From: Octopus bimaculoides
Lineage: Eukaryota
Length of the DNA stretch: 64,000 nt
Direction of reading: 5' to 3'
NCBI RefSeq assembly: GCF_001194135.2
Contig: NC_068990.1
Coordinates: 48,396,193-48,460,192 of the forward strand
In this document: positions 1 through 13,691 of the stretch, one piece after another
Layout: the number at the start of each line of letters is the position of its first letter
Numbering within the stretch: position 1 is the first letter of the stretch
The notes under the pieces: model-generated
The model's database searches: none
Told to the model about the DNA's origin: nothing
Seen by the model: the letters and a program-made list of their open reading frames with translations, nothing else
Made by a program: the position numbers and the translations under genes

Positions 1-170
1 TAGCAGCATATCGTCCAACCTTGCATTCTGAGTTTAAATTCTGCTGAGGTCAACTTTGCCTTTCATCCTTTCAGATTGAATAAATAAGTAGCAGTTAAAC
101 ACTGGGGTCGAGGTAATCAACTCATCCCTTCCCTCAAAATTGCTGCTCTTGTGGCAAAATTTGAAACATT
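1..170 (+). mobile_element. tRNA-derived SINE family A, partial copy
   Basis: B-box-like CTGAGTTTAAATTC, then gtcaactttgcctttcatcctttc ... aagtagcag ... ggggtcgaggtaatc ... caaaattgctg; the same motif string recurs >15 times in the window. Confidence 0.8.
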
Positions 171-606
171 ATTATTGAGAACTGCCACAGCAGATCAGTG
201 AAGGTAATTAGATTCTTGGCTCCAAAATAAATTACATACTAATTATTTAAATTAGACAATTCAGGATTCAATATAAATATCACATGCAGCTATATCTGAT
301 TTGATCTCATATTTCTTGGTAGGTGAGATCTACTGTAACATTTCAGAACATGAGATATGCAGCACAAATGACTGGGATGAACAGTTCCTCAGACTGAACA
401 ATGAAATAAAAGAACATAAACAATTATGAACAAATTGATCAACTATATTTTCATTCTATATGATAATTTTGTGAGAACCAGAATATGAATACTGAATAAC
501 AACACTAACTTTCTCTTTGTTTCTCTGTTAATTTTTAAATGATATATGTATTCAGTATAGATACAACAGATTTAGTCGCATGACCTTCAGTCAAGAGAGA
601 CCTTCA

Positions 607-825
607 TTAATGGGTAATTAAGTCTCCTGGAAGTGGGGAGACAAGTTGTGATATACGTTTCTTCACTGACCTTTTAACAAATGTGTGTGAAGCAAAAGGG
701 GTACAACTCAGGTAACTTTTCATTTCTCTGGGAATTTTATATTCTATTTGCTTGTCATCTTTTGATACCAATACACCTGAAATATCTCTGGTTCCATTAT
801 GCAAATTTACATCTTTTAAAGTAAT
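607..825 (-). CDS. Probable last (or near-last) coding exon of an unidentified minus-strand gene: ITLKDVNLHNGTRDISGVLVSKDDKQIEYKIPREMKSYLSCTPFASHTFVKRSVKKRISQLVSPLPGDLITH*
   Basis: Acceptor ttttattttag|ATT at 826/825, open frame to TAA at 609-607, higher GC than the flanks. An internal donor AG|gtcagt at 671/670 is an alternative end. Confidence 0.55.
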   Translation of the reverse strand: MTLKDVNLHNGTRDISGVLVSKDDKQIEYKIPREMKSYLSCTPFASHTFVKRSVKKRISQLVSPLPGDLITH

Positions 826-1099
826 CTAAAATAAAACCTTCCATGGCAGCTATTTTACTAAATTCTCCATTATTTTCAAAGTTAAATGAAACAAAGTCAG
901 TGTGTTTTCAATAGAAATAAGTTAACAAATAGATTAAATATTTGGATATGTTTGATTATTATTCCCTCTGATATTGTGTGTTTAATAACTCTAGAATTTG
1001 AACTGTTATGACAGTCAGATGTTACAACTATAACTATCTTCTCAATTGTGAGAGTACAGTAATATTTAGTTTTAAATAAAGTTTTAAATGAGACAGAGA

Positions 1100-3037
1100 C
1101 TAAGGCAGACAACCAAAAAAAGGCAATGCTTGAATTCGAACAGCGCATAGTAACCAACTCTAACAGCAAAGTGTTCTGGAAGTATGTACATTCAAAGCAG
1201 AGACCTCACTCTCCAGTTGGTCCTCTTCGCAATCCCCACACAGGCCAGATTACGGACAATCCCAAAGAATGTGAAGAAATTATTGCTGGATGCTATGCAG
1301 GCATCTTTACTGTCGAAAATCAAAATGTTCCATTTCCATCACCTCTGACACTGGACTCTATAACTACTATGAAATTTACACCAGCAATGCTACAATACCA
1401 CCTTAAGAATAAATGTAACTATGCCTCTCTTGGTCTCGATGGTGTTACATACCTACTTCTGAAACGTGGTGGGTACTTTCTTCTGAACCAGCTTTCACTA
1501 TTCTTTCAATTCTGTCTTGACGATGGTGTTACTCCAGAGCAGTGGAAAACTGCCAGTGTTATCCCTCTGTTCAAAAAAGGTCACCGCACATCACCTGTCA
1601 ACTATTGCCCCGTCAGTCTTACTAGCTGCATCGCCAAACTGATGGAATCTTGTGTCAGAGAAACCCTCTGGAACTTCTGGAAGTCTCACAGCCTCATCCA
1701 GCTGTCACAATTTGGATCTATTCCTAACTCCAGCTGCTGTAATCAACTCATTTAGTTTCTTGAGGACATTACCTGAATCACTGATGGTGGCTCCTGGGTG
1801 AATGTTGTTTACCTTGACTTTGCTAAGGCTTTTAATTCTGTGCCACACAAAAGACTTATGGTGAAACTCTCTGCAATCGGTGTAAGAGATGATTTCTATA
1901 ACTGGTTGCTGAAGTCCTTCATTATCAGCCAAAAAGAGGTTGTCACAGTTCTAGGACAGCACTCTTCACTCTATGAGATGACATCTGGTGTACCACAGGG
2001 ATCTGTTCTTGGGCCCCCTTTTATTTGTTGTATATATTAATGACATAGATGCCAACTTAAAGAATGCCACAGTGCTGAAATATTCAGATGACATCAAGCT
2101 GTACCTCAAAATAAAAAGGACAGAATCTGTACACTATAGATCTTTATTGCAATCAGACCTGGACACGATGCAGCAATGGATCATGGACTGGCAACTCAAG
2201 CTGGCTGTGGACAAATGTACCACCATGCATTTTGGGAGGAAAAACCCAGTGTCTACTTACTTTCTTCTGAACTACAACACTAATCTCAAAAAGTCTTCTT
2301 GCGAACGTGAACTGGGCATTATTGTTGACAGTGATTTGCGTTGGATAAACACATTGCTACAATTGCTAAGAAGGCTGAGGGTGTCTTGGCATCACTTACC
2401 AAGTCCTTCGTGAGCCGCTCTCTGGCTATTTATCTGAGGCTTTAGATAGTTATGGTGCGGCCTCACCTGGAATTTGCATGTCTGGTCTGGAACCACTATC
2501 TTGCCCAGGATATTAATCGTCTGGAAACCTTTCAGCAATGTGCAACCAAGAGAATACCCTCCATCAGGCATTTGCCATATTCTGAATGCCTTACTTCCCT
2601 GGGCATGGATACATTGAAACTATGACGTCTAGCAACTGACGTGGCAGACGCCCATAAAATTATTAACCATCTTACTAACAATAACTCTGAGCATCTTTTC
2701 AAATTCCACCTGTCTAACACCCGTGGACATGTTTACAAAGTCAGAAAACAGCACAGCTCCCATGACTTTCGGAAACACATTTTCACACTAAGAGTTGCTA
2801 AAGTATGGAACAAACTGCTGGCATCAGTTGTTAGTTGTCGGAGCACTGCATCCTTCAAAACTTCCTGAGATTCGCCAACACTACACCTGATTTTCTCCCC
2901 TTCATACACACGCAAGCATGTATCTGACTCATGCACTGTTCACTTTCCAAACATTTGTACAATACTGCATATGCTTTATATGCACTTTTGACAAGTTGTA
3001 GTGCACCTGAGCACTATATACAATAATTTCATTATTA
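1100..3037 (+). mobile_element. 5'-truncated, frameshifted CR1/L2-group LINE (reverse transcriptase and C-terminus)
   Basis: Motifs FWKYV, PVSLTSCIAKLME, YLDFAKAFNSVPH, GVPQGSVLGP, YSDDIKLY, CR1-type C-terminus NTRGHVYK...FRKHIFTLRVAKVWNKL; several stops and frameshifts; ATT tail. Confidence 0.92.
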
Positions 3038-4076
3038 AATTAAACTTTTCAACAAATAAATCATTTCAGCTAATTATGTTTGGATGATTATAAATTCATA
3101 GCTTTAAGTAATCAACTGTTGTACCATTATATTCATATAATATACTGGTCTGTCTTATGCAACATTGTGTTTTACATACATACATACATGCATATGTATG
3201 CACACACACACACACACACACACATTCATACATGCATATTTAGAGTTGTATTTTATAACAATGGGACTGTTTACCAAATTAAAATTTCTAATGTGACTTT
3301 AAATGTAAACCCAAAAGATATTTCAGACCTAAATTCTCTATTAAGAAAAACATACAGTATTTGTGTTTAAAATAAAGTGAAAAGTTTGATCTTTTATTTA
3401 TTCATTTTTTAAAAGAAAAATCAAAAGATCAAAAATTGAAATAAGGAAAACAAATGTATTAAGCCTCATGAAATAAATGTCTTAGTGTAGCTTCTCACTC
3501 CAAATAAAACATCCTTTCCTTGATATGCTGAAAAAGGAAGTGTAACTAGAATTACTAATTACCACTTTACAGGAGAATATATTGTATGTCAGATAAGTGC
3601 TATATTGAATTTGTAGCTCTCCTCTAACACTCTCCAGATAATGATATCCTCACATAAATTATAAATATCCTATTGAGCGAACACGAAAAATTTATTGATT
3701 TATTGTTGTGAAGGATTATTCAGTATGATTTATTTCAGATAAACACTTCAGGCTGTACTATTGGATCCAAGTCATAATCACCACGTTGACAAAGAATGAA
3801 ATAGATCTTTACAGAAGATACTTAAAATTGATAGGAAGCAGTTAATAGATATGATAGTGATAGATGTTCATTATTTTAGAAATACTGTCATAATTATTAA
3901 ATTTCTTACTAAATCCTGCTTTAGATAAATACTTAATCCTCCCTTAATTTTCTTTAATAATATTGGAGATCCACACCTGCACAATTATTAATCTAACATG
4001 TTTAATCAGAATATATAAATATTACCTGACAGGTGGGGTAAAGTAACCCTTGACTTCACAGAGAAATTAACAATCT

Positions 4077-4296
4077 TACGAGGGTGAGCTGGAAAGTTCC
4101 TAGCTTTGGGCAAAAGAAAACACAGGAGGATCAGTTAATTATGATTTTATTCAGCATATTCTCCTCTCAGATTCACACACTTATTGCAGCAGTCCTGCAG
4201 GTTTCTAATCTCTGCAAAAGAATTTGGTAGGTTGGGCCTCCAACCAGGCCTTTCATGATACTCTTAAAGCCAGTTACTTTTTAGAACCCCCTCATA
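4077..4296. mobile_element. Mariner-derived MITE
   Basis: Left end TACGAGGGTGAGCTGGAAAGT, right end reverse complement TATGAGGGGGTTCTAAAAAGT; TA termini. Confidence 0.7.
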
Positions 4297-5689
4297 TATT
4301 ATGCTAAATAAAACTCCAGATTACAAGTTGAACTTGTCTTATAAAGCAGCAAGACAAATTTAACTTCCTTCAACAGTTAAATATAAGTTGTCAAAGGCAT
4401 TTCCTCTCTCCTTAAAACTATGAGAACAAAAATTAAACAAGATCAAATCATTTTGAGTTAAAAACTCAAAGATGAACCCAGATCATCATGAATCGCAATT
4501 TGCTTAAAACCTTTGATTGTAAACTTATGACTGACTACAATGTTTGTTTTCCAGGGTTTATTCTCTTGTATCAGCACAATATACAAAAATAAAAAGAAAG
4601 AGAAACACAAATAAAGAACTGGTGAATTTCAATACTTAGCAATGAACAAGTTATTTCAAAACTAGATATGATCAAATGATCTTTTCATTTGTTGTGTTTT
4701 TTCATTTTATTTTAAATCGTTTGTTTTGTTTTTTTTATTATTTATAATCCCTGATAGAAAAACTACCATAACTCAGATTTATTATTACTATCAACAATTA
4801 CATCTTTACCTATATATTCTCCAAAAATTGGACCTACATTAATCTAATTGCCTATTATAATAACAGAATGTTGCTATTCTTATCACAGTTATTTGTTTAA
4901 CTATTAGAAGATAGAACATGTAATTCCTCTAATTTTGTTTAGTCTGTCATATTTATTTAGTCACAAGTCATGCAAAATACAGTTGTAGCTTTTCAGAAAA
5001 TTAGATGTCAAAACTCTTTAAGTGCCCAATTGCACCAGTGTAATAAAAACTGCAGCTTAAGGTCATATCTACTGATTGCTATTTACAACAGTATTGCTTA
5101 CAAATATTCCAGAAATTTTAATTATAGTCTCGTTTAATTTTCTAAAAGCAATGACAATTTGAGTGTAACCTGTATGCTCTGTTATTGATTTAACTATAAA
5201 ATGTTTAAAACTTTAAGAAATGAATAACAGGGAATATGTTCAACAACTTTTATGGTTATGTTTTAGAAACATGACTATGAAAGTTGATTTATCTAACAAC
5301 CCATCCAAACTTTCTTTGATTTAGTTTACAGCACATTCTACTCTAAGCACTCATTGTTCAACTTCTGCATGACAGTGAAAGACAATTGAATAATAATCCC
5401 TCTAAAAGTCACGGAGAGTTAGAAAATACAGAATACTATGATGATGGAGACATAAAAAATTATGCTGTTGCTAATTTAAAAAATTGCTAGACTCTGTGTG
5501 GGGAGGAGGGGGGTGCATGCGTGCCTTAATAACTCAAAGAGGCCAGTAGCATGATCTTGGATATCAAAAATTCACAGCTGAATTAACATGCATAGGAAAA
5601 AAAAGGACAATCTGACATTTGGAAAGTCATGAAACAACCCTTTTAGTGCCAGTGGCACAACAAAATACACCCAGTCCCAGTTTCTATTG

Positions 5690-6060
5690 GATAGATGTTG
5701 TTCTTCTCATCACCTGTGGTTGATGGTAGGAACAGCATCTATCCATAGAAACCAGCAAAAAATAATGATGTATCCAACAGAAGAGCAGGATGATTCTATC
5801 CTCATTCTTTGCTTTGTTGCATGTGCCAAATGCCAAAAGACTATATCAGGTGGTGAGGCAAACAAATAAGATGAAGGATTGCATATGGCAGCAAAACAGA
5901 AGAACCACCTCGTGCAGATGGTTAGATGAAAGACTGCAGAAGGGAATGAGACTTAGGACATACTGTGGTAGGTGGTGAGACAAAACACTAATCATGAAGA
6001 ATGGCAAGACAAAGGACTTACTGTGGCAAATGACAAAATATTGCAAGTTCCATGCCAGAA
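5690..6060 (+). mobile_element. Highly decayed RTE-like LINE 3' end
   Basis: Vestigial HV..M / R..W.D pattern near RTE-type 3' UTR fragments at ~5520-5680 and ~6100-6260. Confidence 0.35.
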
Positions 6061-7083
6061 TAGAAGAGCAGAGTGCAGTAATTTTAAATAAAAGTTAAAC
6101 AGATTAGGAGCTCTTTAGTTTTCCAACATGGGACAGCTTCTCTAGTATCAGTGGCACAATAAAATCCACTCAGTCTATGCAACAACCATCTTTTGTGGAA
6201 TTGAACTCAAAGCATAAGGGCTGATAATCTAATACCATATCCCCTCGGTTAGTCTGCATTTTACTAACATAAAGATAAGAGAAGGATTGAAACTTTTTCT
6301 GAGAGAAAAATATTTATTATTGCTATTTGGAACTAAACCAGTCTTAATTAAGTAAACCTATAACCAAAGATATCCTAGCTATGATAATCTTGTCTGTTTC
6401 CTATGTGAAAGAAAACCTGAACTACATTATTCAATATGTCCTTTTTTTAAAAAAAGCTAATATAGTGTGATTTGAAGGTAAGATGGTAGCTATTTCTTGG
6501 AGGTTAAGCAATCATGTAGCAGTTCTTTTATTGACTCAAGAATGATTTTCTATGAGCCAGATGTTTGTCTTATTAATGCAATTTGGATAATATTCAGAAC
6601 AAAGAGATAGTACTTTCCAGGAAGATATATTTAAGCCATGTAAATTGACAATGTCTATTAAGAATGAAAATATTTTTTAGCTGGCTTTACTTATATTATG
6701 ACATAAAAGGATAAAGTCCCTAGATAAGTAATGGATTACAAAGCTTCGTCACTCAGCAATTTTAATGTTTTTACTTTTATTTTATTTCCTAGTGTGTTGT
6801 ACATTAAGAAAAGAAAATCAAGGAAAAATTTGTTCAACATTTTTATATATATTGTACATTTTACATCCAGTTTTCCATTATATTTTTGGCTGAATGTTCT
6901 ATAAATTCAAATATTGTGACAAATTGTTGGAGAAATCTATAAAATACAGTCAGATTCAACTCTTAATCTAACTAATTCAACCATGAAAGTGGAACGGATT
7001 CTAATTTTTGATTGGAATCATGTATCTAGGCAAGAAAAACAATGTTGTCTAAGTGGTAAGTCTGAACTTTTGATCATCTAAAT

Positions 7084-9890
7084 CAAAGATTCTCAACCCA
7101 TTTTGGCCAAAGGCTCCCTTTTTACTCTTGGAGTCACAAATGCCTCCCCCCCCCCTACAAAATATTTTTATTTTTCAATATACTACTTATTTTGATATCA
7201 GCAGATAGTGATTAAAAAATAAAGGACGTTGTTTTACATATGCGCTTGTACACAGTCGGGAGTACAGATGTACAAATTGAAATGCAAAAACACGAAATAA
7301 TGAATTGAAAGTTTGGTAATTGCATTTATTTCCACTATGCAACACTTATGAGATCAACATGTTGTCTATCAAAAGAGTGCTCTTTGGTACAAGTAAATGC
7401 CAATGAAATCATTTCAAACCGTTCCAATTTTCCTTATCAAAACAGCTAGAACTTGTGCAACAATCTGATATATAAGTTAGTGTCACCTGGGAAGAGGATT
7501 TTTTATGCTCAAGAAAGAGAGTGTATTTGATAGAAAATGTTGAAATACATATGTACTTCATAAAAGTAGAAAATTGTGGAGGATGGCATTCACTGTACTT
7601 GGATCTAGTTTGACTGAGCCACAAAATCAGCTTCCTTTTAAAATGATGTAAAAGAATCTGAAAATTTGTCATATCAAAGATTCATTTCTTATTCAGGATC
7701 TTGTTTGTTTCATTTATAAAATCTGCATTTTTTAAAAAGAAGTAAAAAATTTGGAAATTGATTATTTTGATGCAGTTTTCTGTGCTTATTCTTATGAAGA
7801 CATGAACTTCTGGAGAAAAAATTTGACACACACAGANNNNNNNNNNGTGACAGAAACAGTAGTTAAAAAATTAAAAAATAGATTTTTGGGAGATCTCTTA
7901 TTGTGACTGACTTTTATTCCATTATTCTAATATCTTCTGAAACTTATACATATACATGTATAAATGTATACAGAAACATACAAATATATACACACACACA
8001 CACATACATTTTTACAGAGTTTTATATACATCCATGTATATATATAAATATTTCAGCATATCTACACAATTGTGCCCTAAAGATTTGCTTCTTCATAACC
8101 TTGAGAAAATTAAATATTTCTTTTCTACAAATATGCTTCAGATCATGTAGATTCTGATTAAATTGGATTCATTGTAAAAACCCTTTGTCCTTAAAGGAGT
8201 TTTAGAAAATTTACACCATTAAGCTTTGTTGTATATATATGTATATATACGTGGGTATATACATATTGTTTTAATTATATCTTTATATATGCACATACAC
8301 ACATAAAAACTGGCATACCATCAGTTACGACAATCACAAGTATCCAAAATTTCTTCACCACTCTTCCAACTTCATTTTTCATCTTAAAAAGGCTTTCGTC
8401 TACTTGGACTATATGTCGTACCTCTGCACGACTGTCTGTCTACCAATATTGCTGATGGACATGCAGTATGTCACTGGCATTTCACATATAAAATCAGGAT
8501 TATGTGAAAAAAAGTGAAGACCATCAATTGACTTTCTTCCATAAAAGTATTAAAAAATTATTTGAAAATCATAAAGAGAAATGAAAGGTAGATTCACACT
8601 GTCTGTATTTTAAAACCACGAATTAAAAAAAAAAATTGGGTGTGGATGGGGATTTTTTTTTTCTTTTTTGCATAATCATATCAATTCCATTATGCAGAAG
8701 ACAGAATTGTAAAAATTTTGTAAAAATTCGTAAAAATACAGAAGTTATGTGGGGTTTTAGCACATGCTTACATCATAATTCCACCCATTCATATATATAC
8801 ATGTGTGTGTGTTTTTGCTAGTGTCTGTTTTTCTTTAGTTTTTGTTTACTTATACACAACATCAAATGAGCCAACGTGGTACTCTCTGTGTGGTTGCTCA
8901 ATTTACTAAAAATAACAGCCAAATTTCCCTCATACTATGTTCTTGTTAGTATTAAGGAAAGGGAAAATGTTTATTCTTCTCCATCATTATAATTAAAATT
9001 AAGATTTTTAATTTCGTTCGGCTTTATGAATTTAATTTTTCTTAAATGCTTCTGTCCATTGCTTGATACAGGAAACTAGAAAATCCTGACCAAAACAGAG
9101 AAATTCTAACTTAACAAAAAATATAAAAAGAGAAAGGAAAGGTTCTGTTTTCCAAAGCCAAAAGATGTGCTTTTAGCTGGGGTGTAATTTTATAATTAAA
9201 ACAAATTCAAAATTTGAATTTCAGAACATAAGACTTACTATGTTATCTGGTGTACAGCCACAGCACAAATGGGTACAAAACCTAAAACAAATCTATGTGT
9301 GCATGTGTGTGTGTGTGTGTGTGTGTGTGTGGTTGGGTCTTTAATAGTCAGGGGTCAATTTAAGTTCAGTTGCAGAAAGGACTTTAAAAGGGCAACACAC
9401 GCAATCATATACATACAAACATACACATACACAAATACATACCTATCAGCCACTCACAAAAGCCAATTTGATACAAAATTCTGACCACCATTTATATATT
9501 TGCACATAAACACACACACACACATTCAGCTTTTCGATTTTATTCTTTACTTCTTTTTCTTTTAATCGTTTGTCACTATTCATCTGTTTTTAGTTTTTGT
9601 TTGGGGGGGGGTTCATTTTAGCGACACCAGTAACACATGGTACCAAGAATTTGCTTGATGTCGTTAAAGTGGAAAAAGTGTTTTTTAAGTTTTTGAAAAT
9701 TTGAAACAAAAAGACATGTTTTTTTTTTTAAACCGACTGTTGCAGAGATGTGAAAATATGGCTACTACTTGTTGATTTCAAATTAAACTTACCAAAGATG
9801 AGCACCCCCGAAGTCTCTTAATTCCCCCTAGAGCCCCTTTGCTCCCAAACGCCCCCTTGAGCTCCAAATGGCTCCTGTTGAGAATCTTTG
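7084..9890. mobile_element. Non-autonomous hAT (Charlie-like) element, ~2.8 kb, with nested fragments
   Basis: TIR CAAAGATTCTCAAC (7084) / GTTGAGAATCTTTG (to 9890); 8-bp TSD ATCTAAAT (7076-7083) vs ATCTAAGT (9891-9898), close to the Charlie target NTCTAGAN; spans a 10-N gap. Confidence 0.65.
8320..8520 (-). mobile_element. Merlin / IS1016 (ISXO2-like) transposase fragment
   Basis: Minus-strand translation HIVQVDESLFK...GRVVKKFWIL matches the Merlin GHIVQIDESLF..K...GR....WVFG motif. Confidence 0.6.
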
Positions 9891-10959
9891 ATCTAAGTCA
9901 ATAAACTAAACACATAGACCTTTTGGTTTCAAGTTAGATCTTACAAGTATTATAAATGAAATAACTGAACCACACAATAAAGGGATCAAATGATTTAATT
10001 AACCAAACAGTTCTGGTTTAATTAGGGCACCATATAACTTAGATCAATCTTTTACCAATTAGATGTGAGTAAATCTGTTCAAATGACTTAACTTGGAAAA
10101 TGTTAATGCGAAGCCCTGAAAGATGTGAAGGATTATGTGTAACTAATGGCAGCTGTCACTCACTCAAGTGATTTTATATCTAACAAATTTCACTAAAGGA
10201 ATATCTTTCCTGCTTCCACTCCTCTTGCTATACTTAATTGCTCTGGTGCCAGGTAAGTGAAACAGAAGTTTAATAGCATCCATGATGAGATCAGAATACA
10301 ATTTATGCTTCTTTAGCTAAAAGCTGTAAGCTTATCCACTTGGTCATGCAATCTCATTATGATTTTATTATGTATTGTTGAAAGCTGCTATCCCTAAGGA
10401 AATTCAGTTCATTCTTTTGAAGAAAAAATAAAAAACTAAAATGTAATGCTGAGATTATGAAAGTTTAGCAGAAGAATTGTTGGATCATATTACAAAGACA
10501 AATTGTCATAGCTTGCTTTTTCAGCAATCTGTCAATTAAAATATCAACATATGTATCAATATTTGACATAAACAAGGGAAGATGTGGAGTAGTAAAGAAG
10601 ATAAAGAGCCATCTTGTGATGCTTTATGATATTTAGGGTGTTTTCTTGTAGTTTTTGAGATTGATATCTATCATACCCAATTTTACTTGTGTTTCAAGAA
10701 TTTCTGTCACAATATAGTTACTCGTATCACTTGGCAACAGTCAACCACTTATGAAACAAGCAATGTAAAAACAATTATTTAGTATAAATATTGAAGATTA
10801 AACAATTTTTTTAAACTACCTAATTCATTGGTGGATAAGCAATTAAGCATGAAATAATTCCTATAGCTTTAATTATCAATTTTGATTAAAATATGATTGA
10901 TCATCAAAAACATGATTTTTGTTTAATAACACACTAAAAGAGAAAATATGTAATGAAAG

Positions 10960-11150
10960 GCATAGTTGACCTTGGTGGAATTTGTACTCAGAACGTAAAA
11001 ACAGATGAAATGCTGCGAAGCATTTTGCCTGGCATGCTAACGATTCTGCAAGCTTACCACCTTGATGATAATAATAATGATTTCAAATTTTTGCCACAAG
11101 GGCAACCCCAATGCATGACTGGTACTCATCCCTTACCTGGTAAAGATGAG
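10960..11150 (-). mobile_element. SINE family A fragments
   Basis: Reverse-complement head gcagaatcgttagcatgccaggcaaaatgc ... ttctgagtacaaattcc. Confidence 0.7.
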
Positions 11151-11159
11151 TTAACTTGT

Positions 11160-11530
11160 CTTCGCCCAATTTGTCTTTTTCAGAGTGCGACAAGTAAACT
11201 TGTTCAAAACATAATTTCAAAAACAGCCACAGACAAGTTTATACATCAATTCATAGCATTTCTCGGTTTTTATGTTTTTTTTTTTTTACAAATTATGCCC
11301 AGATGTCGAGTTCAGAAGATGACAATGAGTATGAACCTTCTATTAGACGCTTGAATACATCAGATGAGAGTGCAAGCTCATCTGATAAAAAAATTTTGTC
11401 TGAAAATGAAATGTTTTCTCCAAAACAAAGTTGCCAGGAAACATCATTTAACATCCATTTTCTATGCTGGCATGGGTTGAATGGTTTGACAAATTCTAGT
11501 GAGCCACAAGGTAGCATTAAGTTGCAGTGA
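11160..11530 (+). mobile_element. Possible DNA transposon 5' end (piggyBac-like acidic N-terminus)
   Basis: MSSSEDDNEYEPSIRRLNTSDESASSSD is a Ser/acidic start; no catalytic motif is present. Confidence 0.25.
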
Positions 11531-11887
11531 CACATTTAGCATGGATTCTGTGGCTGGAAGCCCTTCTTTATGCCAGTGACATTGCAATGTGTACTAGGTA
11601 CTTTTTTACACACACACACACACACACACACGTGTGTGTGTGGAGAGAGAGAGATCACTCTTTTGATTATGGACAGATATAAATCACTATTCATAAATGT
11701 TTCTTCTGAAATATTTCAAATATTTTTCTTTAGTTTTTGAAATGAGTTGTCAATTCACCATTCTGGTAAAATTATTTATTTACTTTCCAGGTAACACAAA
11801 AAGTAAACACTATGGTTTACTTCATGTATGAAGTATGAAGTATAAACTATACATCATACAAGTAAAAGCTATCATCAAGTATAAAGT

Positions 11888-11888
<1 letters not shown>

Positions 11889-11966
<78 letters not shown>
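11889..11966. repeat. (TA)n microsatellite
   Basis: Direct reading. Confidence 0.97.
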
Positions 11967-11969
<3 letters not shown>

Positions 11970-12619
11970 AGTAAACATTGTGGTTTACTTGAAATGCCGA
12001 AATGAAAACAAAGCATTGTTTATTATAAGAAAAAAAAAATTAATTTTAAAAGCATGCAAATTACCAAGAGAGAAAAAAGGTTCAGGTAACTTCTAAGTAG
12101 TTATTTAGAAACAACAGTTAAAAAAGTAACAATTTTAATATACAATGATGTGTAAGAGTCAGCAATGCTTTCATTTTAAAAGCTTGTGTAATATGAGAAA
12201 AAACCCATTTAAGCAACTTAGTGGTATTTAATTAAAAATAATATTAGAAAATTCACATTAATTATAAGATGATGTAAGGAACTCTTCTCTAGATGCTGTC
12301 CAGGATATAGGCACAATAATTTGTTATAGGCCACACTAAGCTTTGTAGAGTCTCAGCAATTGTTGGGAAATAAAATATTTTTGACTATAAAGAGAAATGC
12401 TTGTGTTTGGGATGCAGAACTAGCTGCCTTAAGGACATTCTTTCACTGTGGAGGGTGCCAGGAAGAGGAGAAGTAAAAATTATGAAATTACAATGGAATT
12501 TTGAAAATAAAAAAGAATTTTACCAAAATGGTTATCTCAGTTGTCTGATACAGCATAATACAAATGAATGAATAATAATGTCATAACTGAAAGCTATTCT
12601 AAAATCCTGTCATTTTTTC

Positions 12620-12960
12620 AAAAAATCTCATCAAGTGGGCTATGTCCATAATCTTTTGCATAGCCTCCATGAATTGTGTGAAAGAGAAAGGACAATATCC
12701 TCAAACTAGTGATCCGGCCCAAATGCTTGCAATAGAGTGGACTCTGCCTAAGAATACCCATGGCATCAGACAGTGATGTTAAACTGAACAACAGATTAAG
12801 AATACCACCCAGTTTGGCCACAACAGGATTTAAACTCCAAACACTAAGAGTAAAAACAAATACTGCAAGGCAACTGGTCTGACATTCTCATGGTTCCACC
12901 AAGCCGATGCTCTGGACTACTATTTTTATAACAACCTTGAAAGAATGTAATGCAAAATTG
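12620..12960 (-). mobile_element. Decayed RTE-like LINE 3' end
   Basis: HRLGGTMRMSDQLP resembles the RTE RLRWLGHVxRMxDxRLP motif. Confidence 0.45.
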
Positions 12961-13184
12961 ATCTTGGCATGGTTTGATCTCAGAGTGGAAAGAATCTGAA
13001 CAAATGTCACTGTAGATATATTTAACAATGTCAACTCTGTATTTCATGCCTTTGAAGTTGACAAAATAAAGTACAAGTATCGATATTATTGACTGGAACA
13101 CTTTCCCTCAAAATTGTTAGCTCCTGTACTTAAATCAGAAATTATTATTATTATTATTATTAGTAGTAGTAGTAGTAGTAGTAA

Positions 13185-13598
13185 CAAGTGAGAGAGCAGT
13201 GCATGCCATCAAAGTGACACTGTGGTAAAATATATAAAGCCCAATATACCCATCATGACTACCAGTCTGATAAGGGTACATGAGATACATGCATCACAAC
13301 CATATATGTGCAACATGGTGATCTCGTATCAAGATAAACAGCGCATGACCTTGCAGGTGGGGCCCAGTTAGAATTTTCTTCAGATCAAGTAGCCCATCCT
13401 GCTCAAAAGGTCTCTAAATAAGAGTTGTTTAAGAATGTTAAATGAAACACTCATGTTTCCAAAGGTGAATTATTCAAACCCCAAAGAATTCCTCTCAACA
13501 CATGGCTATGATGCTCCCCCACTATTTCTCCTCATGATCAGAGATGCACATATCATCAGCCACCAAGGGACATGCTCATCTGGTTAAGGTCAAGTAAC
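13185..13598. mobile_element. Interspersed repeat family D, copy 1
   Basis: Colinear with 40952-41508 (gagagcagtgcatgccatcaaagtgacactg ... ggggcccagttagaatttt ... aagggacatgc); follows (ATT)n(AGT)n. Confidence 0.85.
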
Positions 13599-13618
13599 TA
13601 TATATATATATATGTATG

Positions 13619-13661
<43 letters not shown>

Positions 13662-13691
13662 CCAAAGTGTACATACACCACTATATTTTAT

